Shown: positions 16,923 to 26,577, numbered from the stretch's first letter. The stretch is DNA of 27,802 bases from Armatimonadota bacterium (GCA_043814095.1 JBDRKI010000127.1:1-27802), one strand, 5' to 3'. Numbers and translations: made by a program. The notes: generated by a model not told the origin, from the sequence alone.

Positions 16923-17954
16923 TTATATAAACCGCTGTATCTGTTCAAGAAGATCTTTAAAATTATAGCTTTTATTTATAAAATGATTTACACCCACCTC
17001 ATATGCTTTTTTCTCATCAAGCGCCGAACCGTAAGCAGTAAGCATAATAACCGGAACTCTTTTATTAATCTTCCTTATTTCTTCGCATACCTGAATCCCG
17101 GTTGAATCTGGAAGCATTAAATCCAGAAGTACAATGTCCGGCATTTTTTCTTTTACTCTTTCGATGCCGTCTTTTGCCGTACTCCTGTATTCCACTTCAT
17201 AACCGGATTTGGAAAATTTATGCTGGAAAAGCTGTATTAAACGTATAAATTCCATATCATCATCTACAATTAATATTGTCTTTGCTTCTGTTTTCTTCAT
17301 GGTCTCAACTTTATGAAAAGTTATTATATACTTGGTAAAATCGGTTTCTTTTTCTATATCAAAATCCTGCCCCTGATCCTTTAATATTTTACAACTTACA
17401 AACAAATCAAGGTTATCAAAGTACCTTCTGTCTATATCGGGAACTTCTTTAAAATTTCTAACGGTATTTTCATCAAGACCGCGTGAGGAATCTATAATCT
17501 CCAAACTCAAATCATCCTGAATCTCCCTTACGCGTACCGTTATTTTGCCGTTAGTCAGCGTGCGGAGTATCCTTAATATTATATTTTCAAACACAACTTT
17601 CAACTTCTTTTCGTCTATATTTACGCCGCAGCTCTCATCTATAATTTTCTCAAAATAAATATCGTTTTTATCAACATAATCCAGGCTGTTTATAAAATCC
17701 CTGACAAATTCATTCAAGAAAATATCTTTCTTGTGATATTCAATACTCCTATCTTCCAGAAGATAAAGGTAATACAGGTTATCCACTTCTCTCGTGTAAG
17801 CTTTTACCCCCAGTATAAGCTGCTGGTATTGTTTTCTCTCTTCAAAAGTAAGAGAGATAGTTCTTCTGAATTTTTCAACCTGTTTTTCTATTTCTTTTAT
17901 GTCCTTTACGGCTATTTCCCTTATAAGGTCAAGATAAGTTTTGCTTAATAACAT
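16923..17954 (-). CDS. Degenerate histidine-kinase-like domain fused to a receiver domain
   Basis: Intact C-terminal receiver (ILIVDDD, LLDLMLPD, MLTA, FINK). The N-terminal part follows a HisKA/HATPase layout with eroded motifs. Confidence 0.8.
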   Translation of the reverse strand: MLLSKTYLDLIREIAVKDIKEIEKQVEKFRRTISLTFEERKQYQQLILGVKAYTREVDNLYYLYLLEDRSIEYHKKDIFLNEFVRDFINSLDYVDKNDIYFEKIIDESCGVNIDEKKLKVVFENIILRILRTLTNGKITVRVREIQDDLSLEIIDSSRGLDENTVRNFKEVPDIDRRYFDNLDLFVSCKILKDQGQDFDIEKETDFTKYIITFHKVETMKKTEAKTILIVDDDMEFIRLIQLFQHKFSKSGYEVEYRSTAKDGIERVKEKMPDIVLLDLMLPDSTGIQVCEEIRKINKRVPVIMLTAYGSALDEKKAYEVGVNHFINKSYNFKDLLEQIQRFI

Positions 17955-17987
17955 ATTTCCCTCGCAAAAATCATTTATTTTACGCTT

Positions 17988-18932
17988 TTATATCTTCTCT
18001 TTCACCGCCGCAAAAAGAAGAGGTATCATCAGCTCATGATGTCCCGCCACAAAATAACCGCGCCCCCCGAGGTATTTCACCCTCTGCACAAGATTCATAT
18101 CACTGCGGTAATGCCTTATGAAATCAAAATGAGCTCCGGTGAAATCGGAAACCTTGTGCCCCAGGTTTCTAGCAATTGTTATCGCTTTCTCTATAACAAC
18201 AGGCAGGACCACGGCTGAGCCGAAATTAAGTATGACTCCTCCCCCGCCAAGATCCTTTACCATGGAAGCAAAGACTTTAAAATCATGAAAAGTGGCTTTG
18301 CCCAGCGCTTCGCCGCTGCAGGAAGGATGCATATGATTTATATCCCCGCCTATGCTTACATGAACCGTTGCCGGAATGTCTTCTTTAAAACAGCTCGCAA
18401 GAATACTTATATTATTATACGGGGCTTTAACTTCCATGAGCTTTTTCCCTACCTCTTCGCCCAGCCCTGTATCATCCATTGCCGCCCGACTGGCGCATTC
18501 GTTCAGAAAAATGTTTGTTTCTTTTGCCATGCCGAAACTGCCGTCTTCCATGCCCTTGAAAACATCCTCGCTTGTAAAACCGAAAAGGGCTAGCTCGGAA
18601 TCATGTATACTGCCCGCGCCGTTCAACGCTATGCCGGTAACAATCTTATTCTTAACGGCATCAATAATAACAGGAGACAAACCGCACTTTATCACATGGG
18701 CGCCCATCGTAACAATAACAGGTTTGCCTTTTTTCTTAGCATTTACAATAGCTGTGACTATTTCTTTAAAAGATTTTCCCGTTAATATATCGGGTAAAGA
18801 ATCCATAAATTTTTTAAAACTTGCGCCTTTTTTATGAGGTTTCGCGAAATCGCTTTTATTAACTTTGCTTTTCCTGTTTTTCACCGAATAAGTTTTAATT
18901 TTTGTTAAATCCACAGGTTTATACCTTGACAT
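17988..18932 (-). CDS. Deoxyhypusine-synthase-like fold protein of unknown function
   Basis: MGAHVIKCG, NGAGSIHD, IPATVHVSIGGDI, GSAVVLP and GHHELMIPLL resemble the DHS-like NAD-binding family. Start placed at ATG 18932. Confidence 0.7.
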   Translation of the reverse strand: MSRYKPVDLTKIKTYSVKNRKSKVNKSDFAKPHKKGASFKKFMDSLPDILTGKSFKEIVTAIVNAKKKGKPVIVTMGAHVIKCGLSPVIIDAVKNKIVTGIALNGAGSIHDSELALFGFTSEDVFKGMEDGSFGMAKETNIFLNECASRAAMDDTGLGEEVGKKLMEVKAPYNNISILASCFKEDIPATVHVSIGGDINHMHPSCSGEALGKATFHDFKVFASMVKDLGGGGVILNFGSAVVLPVVIEKAITIARNLGHKVSDFTGAHFDFIRHYRSDMNLVQRVKYLGGRGYFVAGHHELMIPLLFAAVKEKI

Positions 18933-20043
18933 TGCCCTCACCTTCCAATTCTTTAAACGCTCTCAGCATTTTCACGGCGCAGTTCGTATAAGAGAATTTA
19001 GCCGCGTTCTCAAGTCCTTTACCTACAAGTTCTTTTTTAAAATTTTCATCCCTTAACACTTTATAAATTTTTTCCGCTATATCTTCATAATTATGAGGGT
19101 CGCACATTAAAGCACCGCGGCCCGAAGCCTCGGGCAGGCTTGCCGAAGATGAGGTCACAACCGGAGCGCCGCAGATCTGGGCTTCAACAACGGTTAAGCC
19201 GAACCCCTCATAAAACGAAGGAAAAACAAAAACATCCGTTATATTATATAAATTAACCAGATCTATACTGTTAACTTCTTCTATTAAAAAGAGTTCTCCT
19301 TTTGAAGTAAATTCTTTTAAAAGTTTGATTAATTCTCTTTTTTCCGCATCTTTGCTGAAAATGCCAGCGGGTGCGGGTTTTCTCCCTATAATAACAAGTT
19401 TATGCGGTATATTATGTTTCTGCTTCAGAACGGCAAAGGCTTTTAAAAGCCCCAGCCAGTTTTTCCTTCTATCGGGAGCGCCCACATATAATATAAAGGG
19501 ATGTCCTCCGGAAAATTTATCACGCAGAGCTTCAATCTCTGTATGGGTGTAATTTTTTCTGTAAAAATCAGAGCATATCCCCGGGGGGATAACTTCTACT
19601 TTCTCAGGTGAAACACTTAAATTTTTAACTATCTCGCCTTTTGAAAATTCCGAAAGAGTTATAATCATATCCGATTTCGACGCCGCATCAATCATCCTTT
19701 TGCGGTCTTTCAGGATATATGACTTGGGTATATTATCGTTAAACTCTGTAAAAGGAAGCGTATCATGGATATTAACGGCGTTTTTCTGAGCGCCCGGAAA
19801 ATCTATCCTGTTCCACGGATGCCATACTGCTTCCAGAAACGATATATCTTCCTTATTCTTATATTTTATAAATTCTATGCCCTGATATTCTTTACTGGCT
19901 TCCATATAAGGCTTCAGGTCTCTGTCCGATAAAAAATAAAATTTATTATCGGATTTTATAAGCTCGTTTATAAGATCCGCGGTATACCTGCCCATCCCGC
20001 GTTTGTCCTGGAATAAAAATGTTATGTCTATGCCTATCTTCAT
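18919..20043 (-). CDS. GT4 family glycosyltransferase
   Basis: MKIGID start (ATG 20043), RKNWLGLL and FVFPSFYEGFGLTVVEAQICG. Confidence 0.92.
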   Translation of the reverse strand: MKIGIDITFLFQDKRGMGRYTADLINELIKSDNKFYFLSDRDLKPYMEASKEYQGIEFIKYKNKEDISFLEAVWHPWNRIDFPGAQKNAVNIHDTLPFTEFNDNIPKSYILKDRKRMIDAASKSDMIITLSEFSKGEIVKNLSVSPEKVEVIPPGICSDFYRKNYTHTEIEALRDKFSGGHPFILYVGAPDRRKNWLGLLKAFAVLKQKHNIPHKLVIIGRKPAPAGIFSKDAEKRELIKLLKEFTSKGELFLIEEVNSIDLVNLYNITDVFVFPSFYEGFGLTVVEAQICGAPVVTSSSASLPEASGRGALMCDPHNYEDIAEKIYKVLRDENFKKELVGKGLENAAKFSYTNCAVKMLRAFKELEGEGNVKV

Positions 20044-20047
20044 ACCT

Positions 20048-22162
20048 TTACCTGTAAGCAAATTTATCGCTTTTAAGCAGTCTCTCACACGCTTTTAAAA
20101 TTTCATCTTCCCTTATCTGCTCCATGCAGATAAACTTTTTGCATTTTTCCTTAACGCATACTTTATCGCAGTTTATATAAAAATTCCTTACTATCTCATA
20201 CCTGGTCCTGTAAGGATGCCAGCGGTTCGGGAAATCGCTCTTTAAACCGAAAATAGCAACTACCGGCACCTTGCACGCCGCCGCAATATGCATGGGGCCC
20301 GAATCAGGGCATATAAGAAGACTGCACCTTTCCAGTACCGCCCCGAGCTGTTTCAAGCTAAGGTGGCCTGCCAGGTTTACCGCTTTGTATTTCATTTTTT
20401 TCTCAACATCGGCAACAAGCTCTGTTTCCTCGGGTCCGCCCGTTAAAATAACAACAGCCTTAAATTTTTCAACAAGCATATCGGCAATAGCGGCAAACTT
20501 CCATGTAGGCCATACTGAAGGATCAAGCTCCATACCCTTGCCCGTGTGAAGCGCTATAATCATTTTATGCTTATCTATCCCGAGCTTCTCAAACAAACCT
20601 TTTATATCATCTTTATCCTGCTGAGGAATTTCAAAAAAGAGGTTCCTGTCAACTTCACATACGGGAAGAGCTCTTACGTAATCCAGTATTATCTCAACCC
20701 AGTGGCTTGTCTTATCCCCTGTTTCGCTTGAAATTCTAACGGGATAATTATAAAGGAAGCTGTATAAAAGCCGGCCCGACTGCCCCACTCGTATTTTCAC
20801 GCCTGCCAGGTATACGGCAAGTGCCTCCCATGCCGTACTCCACAAGACAATACCTGCATCATATTTTCCTTCCTTAATCATTCCCAGCACCTTAAAAAAG
20901 TATCCGAAGGTTCCTATCTTCTCGGAATCAAGAGTTATAATCTCATCAATATAAGGGTTGCCCTGGACTACCTCTTCCCGCATATCATCAACTATTAAAG
21001 TCACATGGATATCGGGATAGTTCATTTTCAAAGTTGAAAATATAGGGGTGCTTAAAAGAAGATCTCCTATCCCCCCGTGGGTATGCATGACAAGAATTTT
21101 TTTAATATCACTCTCTTTATCATCCATATCTTCGAACTGTGCGGCTTTGGTTTCTTTCATTTTAATATCTTTCTCATCTGCTGATTTTTTTAATACTTCT
21201 ATGGAATCTTTGAAAAAGCTTAAAACTTCAGAATCGGAATATGCAAGTTTCTTATGCTGCTGTTTTCTCTTTTTTATAACTTCTTTTATTTTAGGGAGCG
21301 CCTTTTTAAAGGCCTCAATATAATTTTCCCTTCTGCCTATAACAGCGAATAAAAGATCAAAGGGGAGAGTTATAAAGTGTTTTAACAGAACCTTGTAATC
21401 GGTAAGATTTTTCCATGTAAAAAAAATCATATTGCGCAGGAAAACCTTATCTACTTCCGGGTCGCGGGAACCGTCCCCTATTGTCGCGCCTCTCTGGTGA
21501 TATACCAGAGAATCCGGCTGGTATAAAACGCGCCAGGACCTTTTCCACGCCCTGTAAGAAAGATCCACATCCTCCCAGTAATAAGGGTGGTATATCTCGT
21601 CAAACCCGCCCAGCGCGAAAAATTTCTCTTTATCAACGGCAAGGCAGGCCCCTGTAGCGAAAGAAACAGGGAAAAGCGTTTTTACTTTCTCTATTAAGGC
21701 CGAATCAACACGTTTGTTGCAGAAATAACCGCTTGTAAAGACCGTTTCGTGTATGCTTTCAATAAAATTATCTCGTTCTGTTATTATCTTAGGAGTAAGC
21801 GCGAAAAGATCTGCTTCTTTAAAGGGCTCTATCAAGGGCTGGAGAAAATCCCTTGTAACTTTTATATCGTTATTCAAAAAGATAAGGATGGAATTTTTAC
21901 TCTCTCTGGACGCGATATTACAGCAACGCGCGAACCCGTAGTTTTTTGGAAGCTTGATTGTCCTTATCTGCGGGTATCTGGATTTAATATATTCAACAGA
22001 GCCGTCTTTAGAGCCGTCATCCACAACAATAATCTCGTGTTTGCCGCCGGTAAAATAAACGGCGTTTAAAAGATGAGGCAGGTTCTCCTTTAAAAGCTCT
22101 AACCCGTTAAATGTAGGTATTATTATTGAAACTCTTTCTTTGATTTTTCTTGAAAAGTGCAT
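20048..22162 (-). CDS. GT2 glycosyltransferase fused to a GT9 (ADP-heptose:LPS heptosyltransferase-like) domain
   Basis: N-half: VSIIIPTFN, VVDDGSKD, FLNND and YWEDVDL. C-half: GGIGDLLLSTP, NPYIDE and DSGPMHIAAA. Confidence 0.9.
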   Translation of the reverse strand: MHFSRKIKERVSIIIPTFNGLELLKENLPHLLNAVYFTGGKHEIIVVDDGSKDGSVEYIKSRYPQIRTIKLPKNYGFARCCNIASRESKNSILIFLNNDIKVTRDFLQPLIEPFKEADLFALTPKIITERDNFIESIHETVFTSGYFCNKRVDSALIEKVKTLFPVSFATGACLAVDKEKFFALGGFDEIYHPYYWEDVDLSYRAWKRSWRVLYQPDSLVYHQRGATIGDGSRDPEVDKVFLRNMIFFTWKNLTDYKVLLKHFITLPFDLLFAVIGRRENYIEAFKKALPKIKEVIKKRKQQHKKLAYSDSEVLSFFKDSIEVLKKSADEKDIKMKETKAAQFEDMDDKESDIKKILVMHTHGGIGDLLLSTPIFSTLKMNYPDIHVTLIVDDMREEVVQGNPYIDEIITLDSEKIGTFGYFFKVLGMIKEGKYDAGIVLWSTAWEALAVYLAGVKIRVGQSGRLLYSFLYNYPVRISSETGDKTSHWVEIILDYVRALPVCEVDRNLFFEIPQQDKDDIKGLFEKLGIDKHKMIIALHTGKGMELDPSVWPTWKFAAIADMLVEKFKAVVILTGGPEETELVADVEKKMKYKAVNLAGHLSLKQLGAVLERCSLLICPDSGPMHIAAACKVPVVAIFGLKSDFPNRWHPYRTRYEIVRNFYINCDKVCVKEKCKKFICMEQIREDEILKACERLLKSDKFAYR

Positions 22163-23077
22163 TTATTTCCTCAACAATTTGTAAAATTTAGCTGCTAATC
22201 CGGGAACCCGTATGCTTAACTGCATAAATCTTGAGTATACTCTGAACCTGTAATTTAAATGCCTTAAATGATTCTTAATCCCCAAGCTTTTATTTGACGC
22301 AATGTGATTCTCTATAACATCGCTGTAATTATCAAACTCCTGCTTCCTTGTTTCTTTAAGTTCTTCTATAAGGGACTGCATATATACGGGGTGAGATTCT
22401 TTAAACCTTACGCAGTATCTTCCCTCCCAGTTTAAAAAAGAGTCTTTCTCCACTTTATCCAGTTCCGAATAAGTGGCATCACCGCACTGTGCATATAACT
22501 TCCATTTTTCAAGCACTTCATCCTTTAATGTTACATAGCCGTAATGGTAAAAAAGATACGGAAGCACAATTCTTGAGCCACTCTGGCCGGTAAGCTTCTC
22601 GTGAACAGAACCTGTCCATTTAAGGGAAGGGGTATATCTCACAAAAAGGTCATGTCTTCTGTCTATGCTGAATATATAATCAAATGACTGCATAAAATGA
22701 TAAAAATATGAATCTACAACCCCCACTTTCTCCGGCAGAGCAGGGAGGATATCTCTTGTGACTGTTTTTAAACAAACAGGGTGAACTTCATCACTGTCAA
22801 TTTTTATAACCCATGTGTTTTTATCAGGCTTTAATGAATGTATGTATTCTAGATACTTGTTTCTCGCGTCATCAAAACCTTTAAAAGGATGAAATAAAAG
22901 TTTAACTTTATCCTCTTTATAAAATTGAGAACCTTTCACAATATCAAGATTAGGATTATCCTTATCGGAACTGTTGTCATTAATAACAACAAGATCAACA
23001 GCATCATTTAAGCTGTCAAGACAAGCCTTTAAAAAAGGTTCATTCCTGTTTGATATTATCATTGTAGCGATTATCAT
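22163..23077 (-). CDS. GT2-like glycosyltransferase (WaaE/KdtX-like)
   Basis: NEPFLKACLDSL, IDSDE (DxD), WTGSVHE and HYGY. Confidence 0.75.
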   Translation of the reverse strand: MIIATMIISNRNEPFLKACLDSLNDAVDLVVINDNSSDKDNPNLDIVKGSQFYKEDKVKLLFHPFKGFDDARNKYLEYIHSLKPDKNTWVIKIDSDEVHPVCLKTVTRDILPALPEKVGVVDSYFYHFMQSFDYIFSIDRRHDLFVRYTPSLKWTGSVHEKLTGQSGSRIVLPYLFYHYGYVTLKDEVLEKWKLYAQCGDATYSELDKVEKDSFLNWEGRYCVRFKESHPVYMQSLIEELKETRKQEFDNYSDVIENHIASNKSLGIKNHLRHLNYRFRVYSRFMQLSIRVPGLAAKFYKLLRK

Positions 23078-23079
23078 AT

Positions 23080-23985
23080 TTACCTTTTTATCCCCATACT
23101 GTAATAATAATTCAATAGATATTCATATATTTTATACAATTTCTTTTTCTCTTTAACAGTCAAATTTCCCTTATTTTCCAGCATTCTTACCTTTTTAAGC
23201 CAGAGGTCCTTTGTTAAGGAATTTAAAAGGAGGGTCTCTTTTAATTTCCTGGGGTGAATGCTCAGCTTTTCTTTTAATTCGGGATAAAGCCCGGCAAAAT
23301 ACGCGGCAGACCGCCCCATTAAATACTTTCTTCCCAGAAAACTTTCAAAATCTCTGAAGTAATGGTGGTAGCCTTCGGCATCCTTATTATATTTTATAAC
23401 ATACCCCGCTTTAATTAATCTATATCCGAACTCCGTATCCTCAAAACCGTACTCGTTAAATTTTACGTCAAATCCGCCGAGAGCATTAAACACATCTTTT
23501 TTAATAGAAATATTTCCGGTATAAAAATATCCAAAACCTACATTCTCGGGATCTACACCCTTATATGTATTCTGGAGATCATTCTCTAAAAGATAACTTG
23601 TAAAATGATTTAACTTCACGTTTTTATCTTCTTCTATATGACCTAAGACCCCGTCAGCCCCGGTAGAATAATATTTAAGATGTTCTTCTAGAAGAGATGA
23701 TGAAGCTATCATATCATCATCAAGGAAAAGAATTATATCCGCATCGGCTTTTAAAACGCCGGAATTTCTTTTGACAGCGGCCCCGGGAGACTCACACGCG
23801 TAATATTCAATATTAATCTTTTTCTTAACATCATTTATAACTTCAACTGTCTTATCATTTGTAAAATCTTCAACCACTATAACTTCAAACGCTTCATTGG
23901 GAAGAGTCTGTGCGGTTAAAGAAGATAAAACCAGCCCTAAAACATCTGCTCTTCTGTGTGTAGCTATAACAACACTTATCTTCAT
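23080..23985 (-). CDS. GT2 family glycosyltransferase
   Basis: MKISVVIAT, FLDDD, GGFD and YGFEDTEFGYRL. Confidence 0.92.
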   Translation of the reverse strand: MKISVVIATHRRADVLGLVLSSLTAQTLPNEAFEVIVVEDFTNDKTVEVINDVKKKINIEYYACESPGAAVKRNSGVLKADADIILFLDDDMIASSSLLEEHLKYYSTGADGVLGHIEEDKNVKLNHFTSYLLENDLQNTYKGVDPENVGFGYFYTGNISIKKDVFNALGGFDVKFNEYGFEDTEFGYRLIKAGYVIKYNKDAEGYHHYFRDFESFLGRKYLMGRSAAYFAGLYPELKEKLSIHPRKLKETLLLNSLTKDLWLKKVRMLENKGNLTVKEKKKLYKIYEYLLNYYYSMGIKR

Positions 23986-25496
23986 AAATCATCCGTCCTG
24001 TATAAAGATATATCCTGGACCGGGATATCATCTGTTCTATATTTATCCTTACTCCCGCCTTCCGCGTTAAAACCGGAAAAACTTACCTGCTTAAAAACCT
24101 TGTACGGAGTAACACCCTCAAGCTCTTTATTATAAGCAAATATGTTGACTAAGGTTTCTGCTTGGGAATACTCCATAACTTCGCCTAGTTTTCCAATAGG
24201 TATTACATCATCACCCATATAATAAGCGAAAACAGGATACATCTCATCAACATATGATACAAGTTTTGTATCATTATTTTCATAAATATATTTAACGACT
24301 TCACCGTAATTTGACCGCAGGTTAATAACGGGCTTAAGGGCTAAAACGCCAAAAATAACTATACATACAATAATAAAGCTCGCCAGAACCTTCCCTAAAA
24401 CTCTCCGCTTCTCCCATTTTCCCAAACTTATTACCGCGAAAGCGGCAATAACAGCTATTGCGGGAAGTGCAGAAGCAAATGAGCGTAAGACCCTAAGGTG
24501 CGGGTAAAACCCGTACCAGATTACAGGGAATAGTGCCAGTACTATAAGTACAAATTCTGCCATATTAAAATTCCTCTTCAACCTTTTTACAAGCATAAAA
24601 ATACCGGCAAAGAAGAATAAGAACACAATCCAACCTTCCATTTTCTGGAAAAAATAAAAGAAAAAGAAAGGATCCGCCCCGTATTTTGACTGCTGTGCGA
24701 TAGCGGAAAAACTCCCTCTTAATTCTTCAAAATAAGTAACGGGGAAAATTCCTTTCACCATAAGAGTTATAATCTGCCATAATATTATAGGGATTGCCAT
24801 CCCTGCCGCAAAGCCCATAATTTTTATAAATTTAAACTTTGATTCTTTATCTACAAATAACAATCTTAAAACTTCAAACCCCAGAAAAAGAGGCAGCATT
24901 AAAAGCATATTATAGTGTATGGTAAAAGATACCCCTACCATTAAAGCGCAGAGTATCATATAAAAATAACGTCTATTCCCTAAAGAAAGTACGTAAAAAT
25001 AAAAAGCAAGAAAAAGGAAAAAGATACCGGCGGCAATAGGAAGCCCGCACCTTGAATACATTATATGCATGGGACTCACGGCAAGTATCACAGCCGAAAG
25101 TAGAGCTGCATTCTCATCAAAGATTCTCCTTGCAATTAAATACACAAGAAAAACGGTGAGTGCCCCGAAAAATACCGATACAATAAAAGAAGAATGCGTG
25201 CTTAACCCGAATATAATCTGGGATAACATAATTAAAAAGACAAATCCCACCTTGCTTCCCGAACCGTAATTAGGGACATCTTTCCCTATATGTTCTTTAA
25301 GAACAGGGTCTTTCTCCGATATCTTGGGTTTATCAACAATCTTTAAATATTTTGCCTTGGCGCTGCAGAGGTATACCCCTTCATCATAAAAGAAGATACC
25401 CTTCCCCTCTATATTATAATTCCGTACCAGGGTACCGAACATAATTATAAGGAGCAGGAGGATCACTGCAAGACTCGTATTTTTAACTTTATTCAT
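23982..25496 (-). CDS. ArnT/PMT-like (GT-C fold) membrane glycosyltransferase
   Basis: FYDEGVY loop after TM1, many TM helices, LAVSPMHIMYSR. Confidence 0.85.
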   Translation of the reverse strand: MNKVKNTSLAVILLLLIIMFGTLVRNYNIEGKGIFFYDEGVYLCSAKAKYLKIVDKPKISEKDPVLKEHIGKDVPNYGSGSKVGFVFLIMLSQIIFGLSTHSSFIVSVFFGALTVFLVYLIARRIFDENAALLSAVILAVSPMHIMYSRCGLPIAAGIFFLFLAFYFYVLSLGNRRYFYMILCALMVGVSFTIHYNMLLMLPLFLGFEVLRLLFVDKESKFKFIKIMGFAAGMAIPIILWQIITLMVKGIFPVTYFEELRGSFSAIAQQSKYGADPFFFFYFFQKMEGWIVFLFFFAGIFMLVKRLKRNFNMAEFVLIVLALFPVIWYGFYPHLRVLRSFASALPAIAVIAAFAVISLGKWEKRRVLGKVLASFIIVCIVIFGVLALKPVINLRSNYGEVVKYIYENNDTKLVSYVDEMYPVFAYYMGDDVIPIGKLGEVMEYSQAETLVNIFAYNKELEGVTPYKVFKQVSFSGFNAEGGSKDKYRTDDIPVQDISLYRTDDL

Positions 25497-25502
25497 TAAA
25501 AT

Positions 25503-26360
25503 TTACCTCTGGTGAAACTGCCTTCTTATGCTGGCAATCTGGTCAGCAAGAAAACCGAAAAAGAATATAAAAACGCTGACAAGCAGTGTAAATACGGATC
25601 CTCCGAAGATGCCCCCGTAATGCATAAGCTGGCAAAGAGCTAACCCTCCCCCTATTATAAAAAGAAGGACGCTTACAGGCAAAAAGAATTTTAAAGGATC
25701 AAACAACATTACTATCCTTGTAACTATATATAAAAATCTCACCCCGTCATTAACAAGTTTAATCTTGCTTTTCCCTTTTGATCTTTTGGATATTGTATCC
25801 ATATCAACATACCTAACAGGATACCCTGCTTTAAACATTGCAAGCGTTATTGTAGAGGGATATGAAAAAGTATTCGGGAGAAGGTGTATAAACTCAAGCA
25901 TCCTATCCCTTTTTATAGCCCTGAATCCTGATGTAAGATCCACAACCTTATGGTTAGCCAAAAAAGAAGCTATTTTATTTAATACCGAATTAAGTATTGA
26001 TCTTGTAAACCAGAGCTTTCCTTTTTTAGTCCTTGCCCCTACTACCATATCATATTTATCCATATCTTCCAGAAGTTTCGGTATGTCCGAAGGGTTATGC
26101 TGTCCGTCGCCATCCATAAAAACAAGGTAATCTTTGGTAGCGGCTCTTACACCTGTTTTAACAGATGCCCCGTTCCCTATATTATACGGGTGGGATATAA
26201 CTTTAGCCCCTGCCGAAGACGCAACTTCTGCGGTATTATCATCTGAGCCGTCATCAACAACTATAATCTCGAACTCAGAACTTACGTTTCTTACCCCCTC
26301 TATAACCTCTTTTATTGCTTCGCCTTCATTATATGCAGGTATAATTACTGATACATTCAT
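25503..26360 (-). CDS. Polyprenol-phosphate glycosyltransferase (DPM1/ArnC-like GT2)
   Basis: VIIPAYNE, VVDDGSDD, MDGDGQH, DLTSGFRA and two C-terminal TM helices. Confidence 0.9.
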   Translation of the reverse strand: MNVSVIIPAYNEGEAIKEVIEGVRNVSSEFEIIVVDDGSDDNTAEVASSAGAKVISHPYNIGNGASVKTGVRAATKDYLVFMDGDGQHNPSDIPKLLEDMDKYDMVVGARTKKGKLWFTRSILNSVLNKIASFLANHKVVDLTSGFRAIKRDRMLEFIHLLPNTFSYPSTITLAMFKAGYPVRYVDMDTISKRSKGKSKIKLVNDGVRFLYIVTRIVMLFDPLKFFLPVSVLLFIIGGGLALCQLMHYGGIFGGSVFTLLVSVFIFFFGFLADQIASIRRQFHQR

Positions 26361-26468
26361 AATAACTCCCTCTTTTTTCCGCTTTTTTCTCTATTTATTA
26401 TAATAAATCCTTGTTAAATCTTATCTTTTTAACCCTTATTATACTTTATTCTTATTATAAAGTATATT

Positions 26469-26509
26469 TTGTTAACAAAATGTTAACAATTTGGTAATAA
26501 TTTGGCAAT
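26469..26509. promoter_or_regulatory. Copy 3 of the GTTAAC box, extended to four half-sites at 11-bp spacing
   Basis: TGTTAAC 26470, TGTTAAC 26481, TGGTAAT 26492 and TGGCAAT 26503. Bases 26469-26487 are identical to 3300-3318. Confidence 0.8.
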
Positions 26510-26577
26510 ATATTTTTGTTAATATAATAATAGCGATATTATACATTTATCTTGTCTATATATCATTGGGGGAGAAA

